Of a DNA stretch of 64,000 nt, positions 31,058 through 40,966 are shown one piece after another (within the stretch, counting starts at the first letter, position 1; each line of letters begins with the position of its first letter). Source of the DNA: Candidatus Moanibacter sp. (lineage in GTDB: Bacteria > Verrucomicrobiota > Verrucomicrobiia > Opitutales > UBA2987); the NCBI GenBank assembly GCA_965215885.1, contig CBDCEW010000104.1:128001-192000 (forward strand). Direction: 5' to 3'. The position numbers were made by a program, and so were the translations under genes. The notes under the pieces were generated by a model, which was not told the DNA's origin, made no database searches, and was given only the letters and a program-made list of their open reading frames with translations.

Positions 31058-32236
31058 ATGATGGATAAGAAAACCATTCATAGCGGTATCATTGGGGCCG
31101 GATTTTCGGCGAGTTTTCACTTCGAATCGTTGCGACGAATTAACGACACGGACGTGGAATGTGTCGGTGTTTATTCGCCGAATCGAGCGAAGGATTTTGC
31201 CGGGGAGCGAAATATTCGCGCCTTTGACAGCCTCGAAGCTTTGATCGACGCTTGCGACGTGCTGCATGTCTGCGTCCCTCCTGCGGTCCACGAATCGGTC
31301 ACTCTGGAGACGCTCAGGCGTGGCAAACATGCGATTGTCGAGAAGCCCTTCACCGGTTATTTCGGAGACGGCGATGAAGATTTTGATGCGCGCCATTGTT
31401 CCAGAGAGACCATGCGAGACGGCGCCATGTCCAGCGTACGCCGTCTCGCCGAGGCCGAGGCTGCCAGTGATGGACAGATCCTTTATGCCGAGAACTGGGT
31501 CTACGCACCCTCGATTCGGAAGGAGTGCGAAATAATCAGAAAGACGGGAGCACAGATTCTTTGGATGCACGGCGAGGAGGCTCACCACGGGTCGCACGCG
31601 CATTTTTACGGGTTCTGGAAGCACAATGGGGGTGGGGCGCTTATAGGAAAGGGTTGCCACCCGCTGACTGCCGCCCTCTATCTCAAGCGCGTCGAGGGTA
31701 TCTGCCGGAAGGGAAAGGCGATACGTCCCGCCGCCATCAGTTGCCGCACCCATTCGATTACTCGACTTCCCGAATTCGTCGATCGGGGCCATCTGCGCAC
31801 CGAGTACTTCGATGTCGAGGATTTCGTTATGACACACATCATATTTGAAGACGGTACCATCGCGGACGTCTGTGCTTCCGAAATCATACACGGTGGAATT
31901 CACAACTGGCTGGAAGTAAACGCCAACAACCATCGCACCCTCTGTAATATTAATCCAAATACAGCCATGTTGACTTACAATCCGAAGGAAGAGTACTTCG
32001 AGGATATCTACACAGTCGAAAAGACCGGCACGAAACAGGGTTGGCAGTTTACTTCGGTGGACGAGGATTTCTTCACCGGCTACCCGCAGGAAATGGAGGC
32101 CTTCTACAAGACCATTGATGAGGGAAGCGATCCGGAATCGGGAATGGAGCTGGGGGCGGATACGATTTCGGCAATTTACAGCGGCTACTTTTCGGCGGAG
32201 CGAAAAGGAGCGGAGGTCGAGATTGAGCATGTATAG
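31058..32236 (+). CDS. Gfo/Idh/MocA oxidoreductase
   Basis: GIIGAGF, HAIVEKP, YAENWVYAP, GGGALIGKGCHP. Confidence 0.9.
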   Translation: MMDKKTIHSGIIGAGFSASFHFESLRRINDTDVECVGVYSPNRAKDFAGERNIRAFDSLEALIDACDVLHVCVPPAVHESVTLETLRRGKHAIVEKPFTGYFGDGDEDFDARHCSRETMRDGAMSSVRRLAEAEAASDGQILYAENWVYAPSIRKECEIIRKTGAQILWMHGEEAHHGSHAHFYGFWKHNGGGALIGKGCHPLTAALYLKRVEGICRKGKAIRPAAISCRTHSITRLPEFVDRGHLRTEYFDVEDFVMTHIIFEDGTIADVCASEIIHGGIHNWLEVNANNHRTLCNINPNTAMLTYNPKEEYFEDIYTVEKTGTKQGWQFTSVDEDFFTGYPQEMEAFYKTIDEGSDPESGMELGADTISAIYSGYFSAERKGAEVEIEHV

Positions 32237-32296
32237 CCCAAACATATCACAAACCTTCTACTACTACGACGGATTTCACCGCGTGTCAAAGCCTAC

Positions 32297-32509
32297 CCTT
32301 GCCCGGCGACCTCAGAGGGTCATTACACACTTTCGTCCGCCGTGCTACGGAAAGGCAATGACACGCAGCGATCTACGCCGTCTCGCTACGAAGTGTGTGA
32401 AATGTCCGGGCAAGGAATCTGTCGGTTATGGCGTTTGGAATTCGCGGATTCTCCCAGTTATTCAGATGTGAATTTACATTGCGGCGGGTTCGACCACCGA
32501 CATCTTCCT
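32297..32509. mobile_element. Two abutting degenerate MITE-like elements
   Basis: CCTTGCCCGG..CATTACACACTTTCG / CGAAGTGTGTGAAATGTCCGGGCAAGG (32297-32415), then AGGAATCTGTCGGT...ACCGACATCTTCCT (32413-32509). Confidence 0.6.
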
Positions 32510-32564
32510 AGTCGCTCTGCCAGAGGGCAGAGCGGGTAATCGAATCGAAGATAAGCTCCTTCCA

Positions 32565-33575
32565 GTGATGAAAATCAAGCAGCTTGTTTTCCCTGAGAAA
32601 TTGACCGTTGAGGTCGAGGAGTCCGAACTGCCGGACGAACCGGGCCGCAATGAAGTTCTTCTCGAAAATAGCCATAGCCTGATCTCTCCGGGCACGGAAT
32701 TGGCGATGTTCACTGAAACGCACATCGGTTTTCCCGATCCCGATTTCGCTTACGCCAAGTTTCCTTTTCGTCCGGGGTATGCTGCGGTGGGCCGCGCCGT
32801 CCGGGTGGGCGAGGATGTCGAAGGAGTAGAGGAAGGTGATATCATTTTCCATCGAGGTAAACATGCCTCTCATTCTCTCGTTTCAACAGGACATCCGCTC
32901 ATCAGATTGCCGGAGGGCCTTTCCCCTCAACATGCTCCGTTCGCCTCTTTACTCCAGATCGCTCTCACTTCGGTGCGGCTTTCAGAGGTTCGGCTCGGGC
33001 ACACTGTAGTCGTGTTTGGTTTGGGGGTAATTGGCAATTTTGCCGCCCAGTTGATGCGCGTTTCCGGGGCGCTGCGCGTCATCGGGGTGGATACCGTTAC
33101 CGAGCGGCTGGACATCGCCTGCGCATGCGACGTTGATATACAAATCAACACGGCGGAAGAAGATGCAGTCCAATGTATCATGGAGATCACCGGCGGAAAG
33201 GGCGCACAGGTTGTCGTGGAAGCGACGGGCAATCCGCAAGTCGCTTCTTCTGCCATGCGCTCCGCCGCTCAGATGGGCAAGGTGATTCTACTGGGTTCAC
33301 CTCGGAGCACAGCCGAGGTCAACCTCTACTTCGACCTTCACCGCCCCGGCGTCTCCCTGATCGGCGCTCACGCCGGGCGACAGGAAAATGCCGCGCAATA
33401 TGGCGACCCGGATCCGTATGAACTCGCTCTCGAATTCATGGCGCGGAATCGCATCGAAGTCTCGCCTGTGCACACCCACACCCTCCCTGTATTCGAAGCG
33501 GACCGCGCCTATCGCGGGCTACTCGAAGAAAAGCAGAACTACATGGGGGTGCTGTTTGATCTGAAGCAGTGGTGA
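32565..33575 (+). CDS. Medium-chain (zinc-binding family) alcohol dehydrogenase-like protein
   Basis: SLISPGTEL, FPFRPGY..VG, GLGVIG, VEATG. Confidence 0.88.
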   Translation: MMKIKQLVFPEKLTVEVEESELPDEPGRNEVLLENSHSLISPGTELAMFTETHIGFPDPDFAYAKFPFRPGYAAVGRAVRVGEDVEGVEEGDIIFHRGKHASHSLVSTGHPLIRLPEGLSPQHAPFASLLQIALTSVRLSEVRLGHTVVVFGLGVIGNFAAQLMRVSGALRVIGVDTVTERLDIACACDVDIQINTAEEDAVQCIMEITGGKGAQVVVEATGNPQVASSAMRSAAQMGKVILLGSPRSTAEVNLYFDLHRPGVSLIGAHAGRQENAAQYGDPDPYELALEFMARNRIEVSPVHTHTLPVFEADRAYRGLLEEKQNYMGVLFDLKQW

Positions 33576-33761
33576 TTCCTGCGTGTCTCTACTGTTGTTT
33601 ATTCGCGGAATTCCGGCAGTATGCTGCATGTCGCCTATTACAATATTGACGACATGTTGCATATGACCTGCCGTTAAACGCTGTTTTAAACGGGTTAACG
33701 ATCAGATAGTCAAAGGCTTACAACTCATCGGGTCCATCGGCCGTTCAGTAAAAAGCAACTG

Positions 33762-34470
33762 GTGTACGATTGTATGTTCGCCATATACATGAGACTTCGA
33801 AAAATCGCATATGCCGGAATAATGTTGGCGATGATAGTTTGGCTCACATTAAAGTGTGCCATACCCGCCGTTCATGATAGGTGCCAGAATTTGTCTTTCT
33901 GCTACTATCAGAAGATCGCGAAACAGATTAAAGATGCGACCGGTCTCGTACTCTATGAAGGATTGCCCCACCCGACTTTCAAATCGGGGCTGTATGAGGT
34001 TGAGAGCAGTCGATCAGACATTGTCGAAATGGATGGAGAGCTGTTCTACAAACAAATTTTACCGCTTACCACTAGTAATGTGGATTCGTTAAAAGAAGTG
34101 CTATTGAAGTCGGAGAATCTCAAAACATTTGGTGGCCTGAATGTGTGCGGATGATACTACCCGGATTTTTCTATTTTGTGATTCGTCGGTAAACGAGAAT
34201 TCCGAACGCAGCTGAGTTTCGGTTGTAACGAAATGAAAGGCTTTGGTACCGGATCTAATGATCCAGAAATATGCTATTGACTGCGACTCGAATAAACCAG
34301 GATTAATTCTATCCCCCCGCCCTCATCGTAGAGTGCTGCGTGTAAATATCTATTACTGCGACTCGAATAAACCAGGATTAATTCGATTTGAGAAGATCCT
34401 ATCAAAGTATCGCCAGGAGAAGCCCGAATTCGAGCTCGAATCTCCGCCACTCCCACCTCTGCATTTACAC
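33762..34470 (+). pseudogene. Decayed hypothetical gene, possible integron cassette ORF
   Basis: 130-aa ORF (LYEGLPHP) continues in frame through stops (CG*YYPDFSIL*...SFGCNEMK) and carries a 30-bp duplication; the end coordinate is approximate. Confidence 0.55.
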
Positions 34471-34477
34471 TACGAAT

Positions 34478-34539
34478 CGGCGCACAATGGCCTTCACACA
34501 ACTCCGCTACCGCTCCGTACGTGAGGCCTAGCATTAGGT
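34478..34539 (+). other. Degenerate attC-like site
   Basis: GGCCTTCAC / GTGAGGCC inverted pair with one extra base, central ACAACTCCGCTACCGCTCCG, outer boxes GGCGCAC and ATTAGGT (imperfect RYYYAAC/GTTRRRY). Confidence 0.45.
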
Positions 34540-34664
34540 AGTTTGATATGAATGGAAAGTAAACTTTCGCAGGATAAATCGGAGGAAGAATAAAATACCA
34601 CTATTTTTCGGTAAAAACCTGATAAGTCGGATATAAGCTACTTTATTTTGCGGTAAAAGTTGGT

Positions 34665-35880
34665 CTAGTACCTTGTATCTTTCATAATTTCGGATATAAC
34701 CGTCTTAGTTTTATCCGTGCATCCTGAGTGGTAGACTGCCAATCAACCTTGGCATTTCGGTTATTTCGATCGTGTTGCCAAGCTGCCACTTCGTTACCCA
34801 TCTGTTTGATTTCCGGGATTCTGTGATTGAGGCATTGGATTTGGAGTGTGCTTAGTTCAATCTCTGCGATATTGAGCCAGCTTCCGTGTTTTGGGGTGTA
34901 GTGGATCTCTAGACGCTCAGCCAATCTTCTCGCTTCGGATGGTTCGAAGGTTTCGTAAAATGAGGCCACACTATGAGTATTGAGGTTGTCCATGACCAGC
35001 TTGATCCTGGTTGCTTGAGGATATTCTTCTTCGAGCAGGTACTTGATAAATTGAGCCCATTCGCATCGTCTTCGCCGTTTTGTGATGAGCACATAGCGTT
35101 TGCCCCCGAGCGGTTCGACGGCCATGAAAATTTCGGCTACTCCTTTGCGCACGTATTCATGATCGACGAGTTGAACTCGCCCAAGGGCAGCCGCAACAGC
35201 CTGATGGACTTCTCCAACCAGCTGCTTGCACGATTCATCCATGCAGACCAGAGGATACTCCGCATCATAGGGCAGATGGTAGAGTTCCAGAATGTCTTCC
35301 ATGCAAGCCACAAAAGCCGCATTGTGCTTAGGAGGTATCTTCCAATATTTGCTCAGGTGAGGCTTAAATTCGTTTTTTTAGCGTTCGTTGAACGGTCATC
35401 GCCGAAACTTTCGGTGCAATCTTTAGTTCGACCACTTTTTCAGCCAGGAGCCGCACCGTCCATCGGCTCCTGCCTTTAGGGGGCGCAGAGCACGCCAGTG
35501 CCGTAAGGCGCGCCTCAAAGGCTCCGTCGAAGGTGACTTTGGGTGGTCTCGATCTGGGCCTCGGACCCAGCGCAGCCTCCAGGCCCTCTTCTACAAAATG
35601 CTTCTTGATGTGCTCAATGCTTCGCGATGTCACCCCAAGGCCCTGGGCTACATCGGCTACTCTCCAGGGGGATCGCTCCCCGACGCTGTCGCATAAAAGC
35701 AATGCTCGCGCGTGAATATACTTGCGCGCGGTACCTTTGCCCTTTTTCGTCAAAGTCTCCAGCTCCTCACGCTCCTGATCAGTTAAGGTTACTCGATATC
35801 GATTTGCCATCCCAATAAGATGGAAAAACACAATTGGAACGTCAACTAGATACGAAATACTTTCTGTTACAAGATACTAG
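34665..35880 (-). mobile_element. IS630-family element; transposase split in two ORFs (35364-35810 and 34682-35311) joined by a -1 frameshift
   Basis: HTH ORF (WTVRLLA) plus DDE ORF (MDE, MDN, HYTPKHGSWLNIAEIE); A7C slippery site at 35372-35379; ends CTAGTACCTTGTA / TACAAGATACTAG. Confidence 0.92.
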
Positions 35881-35883
35881 CTT

Positions 35884-37800
35884 GACCTTATCCGAAAAGC
35901 TACTGATTGGCCGCAAAGAGGCGCAAAAGGCGCAAGAAAAACTTGAGAAAAATCATTTTTTGGCTTGATAAAAAGTGTCGCAACATGCTAGTGTTTAACA
36001 ACCTAAGATTAAGAAAGGAGTTAAACATGCCAACATGTGCGACAGAGGAGAACAAAAGCGATAAGACGCCCCTTAGCAACCTCATTCTGCCGGTTCCAGA
36101 CACGGATTTCCGTGATTTTCTGGATGAAGTTGAAGAATTGGCCGGGTTCGCGGCGCAAATCATCGAGGCGATCGAGAAGGATCTGGACGCCCATGCGCGT
36201 GAGAAGAAGAAACTTCGATTGGAAGATCGCAGGTTCTTTGAAGGGCGCACAGCGGAGCTGCCGGAGCTGGACATCGAGGAGGAGAATATTCTGGCTGCTG
36301 AATTGAATCTTGGGGCAGGCCGGCCGCGGATGCCGGCTTATGCGGTATACGTGTTCGTGATGATTCGAGGGTTTCTGGGTTCGTTGACCACGAAACCGGC
36401 ACGGCGGTTTGTGCGCGAGTCGATGAGCTTGTACGGATTTTTGCAGAGCGGGGGACTGAGAATGCCGGCGGTGACGACGATTCTGGAGAACGTGAACCTG
36501 GTCAGCCATACGACCCGCGAGTTGATCTTTGATAAACAGATTGGGTTTATCCTCCAGGAGCAATGGGACGATTTCGGGAAGCTGACGATCGACAGCACCT
36601 CGGTGAAAGCAAACAGCTGCTGGCCCACCGATGGGAAGATTCTGAGCGGTCTTTTGATGCGGGCCAATCGTTTGGGTCAGAAGTTGCATGTCTTCGGGCT
36701 GGAGGATTTTCGCAAGGGATGGGTTGGGCGTTGGCTGGAGGAAATGGACAAGCTGGAGTTTCAGATTTGTCTGGCCGCGGGCAAACCGAAGTCGAAGGGC
36801 AAGCTGAAGAAACACTACCGGCGGTTGCTCAAGCGGGGCCGCAAGGCGGCCGACTCACTAACGGGGGAACTGAGCCATCTTGAAGAGGGCCTGTCGATGG
36901 ATTCACTGCCTCCCACTCGCCGGGAGCTTCTGGAGCGGGCATTGAGCCAGATCAGGGGTGATATTGCCGACGCCAAGCGGGTTGTTGAGTATGCTCATGA
37001 TCGGGTGTTTCACGAAAAGAAGCTACCGTCCACACAGAAGGTCCTGAGCCTCTCGGACGGATCGGCGGCCTACATCAAGAAGGGCAGCCGCAATCCAGTG
37101 ATCGGGTACAAGCCACAACTGGTTCGCAGCGAAAACGGTTTTGTCACCAGCCTGATCGTACCGCAAGGCAACGCGGCAGACTCCATTGAGCTGGCGCCGG
37201 CCATCGGCGATTCGATCAAGCGCACCGGTGTCATTGCTGAACTGGTCAGCACCGATGACGGATATGCTTCGGCGAAGGGACGCAAGGAGGTGCTGAGCAT
37301 GGGGGTAAAGCAGATCAGTATCAGTGGGGCGAAGGGCAAGAAGTTGACCACCCCCGAGGACTGGGAGAGCGAGGCGTATCGCGAGGCACGCCGCGATCGC
37401 TCCGCAGTGGAGTCGCTGATGTTCACGATTAAAGATGGATTTGCCTTTGGCGAACTCGGCCGCCGCGGCATCGATGCGGTAGGCGATGAACTGCTCGAGA
37501 AGGTTCTGGCCTACAACTTCTGCCGCATCATACTGATGAAGAAACGCCGAGGGGAGGAACTGGAACAGGCAGCCTGAATCTGACCGCTTTGAAGCTCAGA
37601 GAAAAAAGCACCACGGGATGAGTATGCCTCCAGACAGCGGCAAATATACGTATTGTGCAGCAAGCCACGCCGATGGCCGCTCAATACCTGCTCATCGGCA
37701 GCGCCGGCAGCCTAAAACCCGAAACCTGCCAGCCATAGGCTGGTCCGCCCGTGGCGGAGAACCTTAAACCGCCCGCTCGAAAGGCTTTTCGAATGGGGTC
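35884..37800 (+). mobile_element. IS5/ISNCY-like element; DDE transposase 36027-37577
   Basis: GRP, TIDSTSVKAN..WPTD, DDGY, RSAVESL motifs; TIRs GACCTTATCCGAAAAGC / GCTTTTCGAATGGGGTC; AAGGAG RBS before ATG 36027; family assignment tentative. Confidence 0.8.
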
Positions 37801-37917
37801 TAGATACTGGATTTAGCTTTCGTGCTTCAACTGTTAATCACCGTAGGAAACAGTGGTATGGCTGTACGCATCAGCGAGGCCAAGCATACTTTCCTGATGT
37901 TTGAATCTCGCTGGGTT

Positions 37918-38450
37918 CAATTCCCCGAAGCTTGCTTCGGCTTTAGTGGTATATGATGATAGGGGATGGGAAGTCGTTACATCCACAAAAGTCACAATGT
38001 ATCGGTGCTGATGTATCATCTGGTGTGCGCAGCGAAGTATCGTCGAGTTGTGATGAGTGAGCGTGTGGACGAGGTTCTGAGGGCAGCCTGCATCGAGATT
38101 GAAAAGCGCTGGGAGATTGTCTTCTTGGAAATAGGATTAGATCGAGACCATGCACACTTTCTGATCCAGTCGGTGCCGGCTTACAGTCCGACGAGGATCG
38201 TTACGACGGGGAAGAGTGTAACTGCGCGCGAAGTGTTTGCGAAAGCACCGGAGGTGAAGAAGCAACTGTGGGGCGGAGAGTTCTGGGGAAAAGGGTACTT
38301 CGTAAACACGGTGGGGCAACACAGCAGCGAGAGCGTGATCGCGGCCTATATCGCGAATCAAGGTGAGGAGGCAAATTACCAGCGATTGCATAAAGGGCAG
38401 TTGGAGTTGGGATTATTTTGAAAATGCCTCGGGGCTTGCCCCGAGGATCT
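37918..38450 (+). mobile_element. tnpA: IS200/IS605-family element with TnpA only (CDS 37966-38421)
   Basis: YHLVCAAKYRR, DHAHFL (HUH), LWGGEFW..GYFV.TVG, YI; hairpins CCGAAGCTTGCTTCGG (37925-37940) and CCTCGGGGCTTGCCCCGAGG (38427-38446). Confidence 0.92.
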
Positions 38451-39021
38451 TTACTACTTGATGTATCGCGGCAGCCAGCCGAATTCTAATCGGGGAAGTA
38501 TGATCTGGTCATAATCGGATCGGGTCCGGCCGGTGAAAAGGAAGCTTCCGTCGACCATTTTCGGTGAGGATTATCATCGCCACCGGGTCCTATCCCTTCC
38601 ATCCGCCCGAGGGACCTTTGACATCGGGCAGAGATAGTCCACGACTCGGATACGATCCATTGACTTACCTGGTCCATCTGTGTGGTCGGACGGCCGGTGA
38701 AATCTGGAGGGCGAAAGCTGACGAATTTTCGACATCACGATTGGAACTGGATGACTGCCTGCCCTTTGGGATTTAGACAGTTCCCGAGTTATCAATGGTT
38801 GGACCGAGCGAGCCGCCAGGGAGAAGAACGATTATTGTACTGGCAGGGCTCAAGATCAAGGAATGAGAGCTTTAATTGTCTTCAAGCAGGAACGCAGGAA
38901 AAGAGATTATCTAATTCCTCACCTGTAATGTGTGTAGAAGATAGCTGTGTGAGTTTTCGTAGAGTAGGAGGGAATTTCATCGAATTCGGGGAAGAGATCT
39001 GATCACCTGCGCTTACCTCGA

Positions 39022-39187
39022 TAGAGTCGACTTCGCCTGGCGCGGAGCGCGCTTGTAACGCAATGATGAACATTCCCAAGAGCACTTCTAGCGGACGGCG
39101 TAGTGCGGTATGCGGCGCTTTTGGGAATACTCATCTATGCGTTACTCCACTCTGCCGATACGGCAGAGCGGGGCGAAGTGGACTTTA
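39022..39187. repeat. Structured ~160-nt repeat, copy 1 (four-way-junction fold)
   Basis: AGAGTCGACTTCGCC / GGCGAAGTGGACTTT closing stem, two short hairpins, ~31-bp central stem. Confidence 0.85.
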
Positions 39188-39862
39188 CCAACGCCCAGCT
39201 TTCAAGTTCCAATTCTCCGTGGTTCTCTGTTCTAACTCGAAGAGGCTTGAGCCTTAAGAAGGAATTTCTCTACCTGCGTATAGAACCCGTTGATGCTCAA
39301 ACAATTTCGGTGATCTTCAGAAAGCAATGTCTAACTGCGAGTTCTAATTATCACTTCCTTCTGGTCCGTTTTCTGACGGCTCCTAATCCGATGTACTGCC
39401 GAGTCCCTGCGTGCCGGGATGGGAATCCCTGGCTTCATTCAATCCGCGGTTTTCTCGGATCAGCGGGAAACTGCCTCTTCATCCGTGGTACTGCGGAGCC
39501 ATCCTGGGCTATTCTCCCTCTTCATCCGTCTCCGTTCCTGATCCGTTGCTTTCAATGCTCTCACAGTCCCCATTCGTTGTACATGCTCCATAGCTTTAGC
39601 GTAGGAGGGCCCTTCATTTCCCGGCCTGCCGGGAAACTCATTCTTTTGGTTGCGACTACGCTGCGCTAGGTGGCTCTGTGGCCCCTCTTTCCGTTTCATC
39701 TGTCAGCATTCCAGTTTGGTTTTGGCCGAAAGCTGCTGTAGTAAGAAATCATTCCTGCTTTCCTTTACATCCTGAGCAGCGTCGAAGGGCCTTCCTTATT
39801 CAAGAAAATCTTCAATCTCTTCTCCGTTTCTCTCCGTTACCTTCTGTTCAATTCTCTATTCA

Positions 39863-40541
39863 ATGACCTCAGAAACCAAGGAGGCTCTTTGTGCGCATCT
39901 CGCTCAGTTTGTGACGGAGAATAAACTCGCGCGTATGGAACGGGTAATCGGGTCGCGGACGAGAGCGGTGACGGTTGTCTGGAGGACCTGTTTCAACCTC
40001 ACAATGCGAGTGCTGCGATTCGTACCTGTGAATGCTTCGGCGTGCAGGATGTGCACATCATTGAGAATCGTTTCGCCTATCAGTTGGAATCCCGATGTGG
40101 TGATGGGGGCGAGCAAGTGGGTCGACCTTTACCGCTACAGCGGCGAAGGTGAGGAACACACCACGGCATGCTTTGAAGGGTTGAAGCGGAGTGGTTACAG
40201 GATTGTGGCGACTTCCCTCAGGGACGATTCAATTCCCCTCGAGGAGTTACCCGTCGAACAGGATATCGCGCTCTGTTTCGGCACTGAAGAAGAGGGCCTA
40301 AGTGAAAGAGCGGAGCGCCTCGCCGATGTATCCGTGAAGATCCCGATGCACGGATTCACCCAGAGTCTGAATATCTCGGTGAGTGTGGCCGTATGCCTCT
40401 ACGAACTCTGCCGGCGAATTCGGCGAGCGCGACGACTGGCAATTATCCCGGAAGGAGCGTCTCGACGTTCAGCTCTCCTGGTTGAGAAGCGCGGTGAGGA
40501 ATGCCAAGCTTGTCGAAAGGAGGTTTCTTGTGAGAGAATAA
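39863..40541 (+). pseudogene. TrmH/SpoU-family RNA methyltransferase with three frameshifts
   Basis: FGTEEEGLS and IPMHGFTQSLNISV SPOUT motifs; LEDLFQPHNASAAIRTCECFG lies in another frame (about 39979-40086), as does the natural C-terminus. Confidence 0.85.
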
Positions 40542-40966
40542 TCCTACCACGGATGGGCACGGATAAGAGAGAGAGAGTTTCCCGCTAAACACGCGAACTT
40601 GAGGTAACGACTGGATTTTTGGCCACAGAGCGACACAGAGAACCACGGAGCGGCACAGAGAGCGCTGACGCGGAGTATACGGGAAAACAGGTGAGTCGCC
40701 TTCGCCTGTCACTTCTGTACGGCAGAGTGAAAAACACTCCCGTATTTACGAGAGCGTTTTCAATTGGCTCGAGGCTCAATTTCAGGTCGGGCTCTCGCAA
40801 ATGCTGCTTTGAGCGTTTTATCCGCGCTCCGCGCGAGGCGATGGCGACTTCCTTTTTTCCCTCCCGTGACCACGGTATCTGCTTTTTCCGTTCATCCGTT
40901 GCCCTCTTATGATCCGCTGGTAATCTCCTCATCCGTGCCCATCCGTACTATAATCCGGCAGAACCT

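Noticed and set aside
30965..32245. 426-aa minus-strand ORF
   Set aside because: Antisense shadow of the Gfo/Idh/MocA gene with no recognisable motifs
34280..34384. Possible mini CRISPR array
   Set aside because: Only two repeats, inside a coding remnant, and no cas genes or leader in the window
35872..37810. AGATACT on both sides of the IS5/ISNCY-like element as a target duplication
   Set aside because: The left copy is inside the IS630 end and not adjacent to the TIR, so the geometry does not fit
38421..39020. Possible tnpB or omega-RNA after IS200 tnpA
   Set aside because: The right-end hairpin follows tnpA immediately; downstream ORFs are short and lack RuvC or Zn-ribbon motifs
39103..39669. 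188-aa ORF with apparent signal peptide
   Set aside because: Begins inside the structured repeat and runs through periodic repeats; no family motifs
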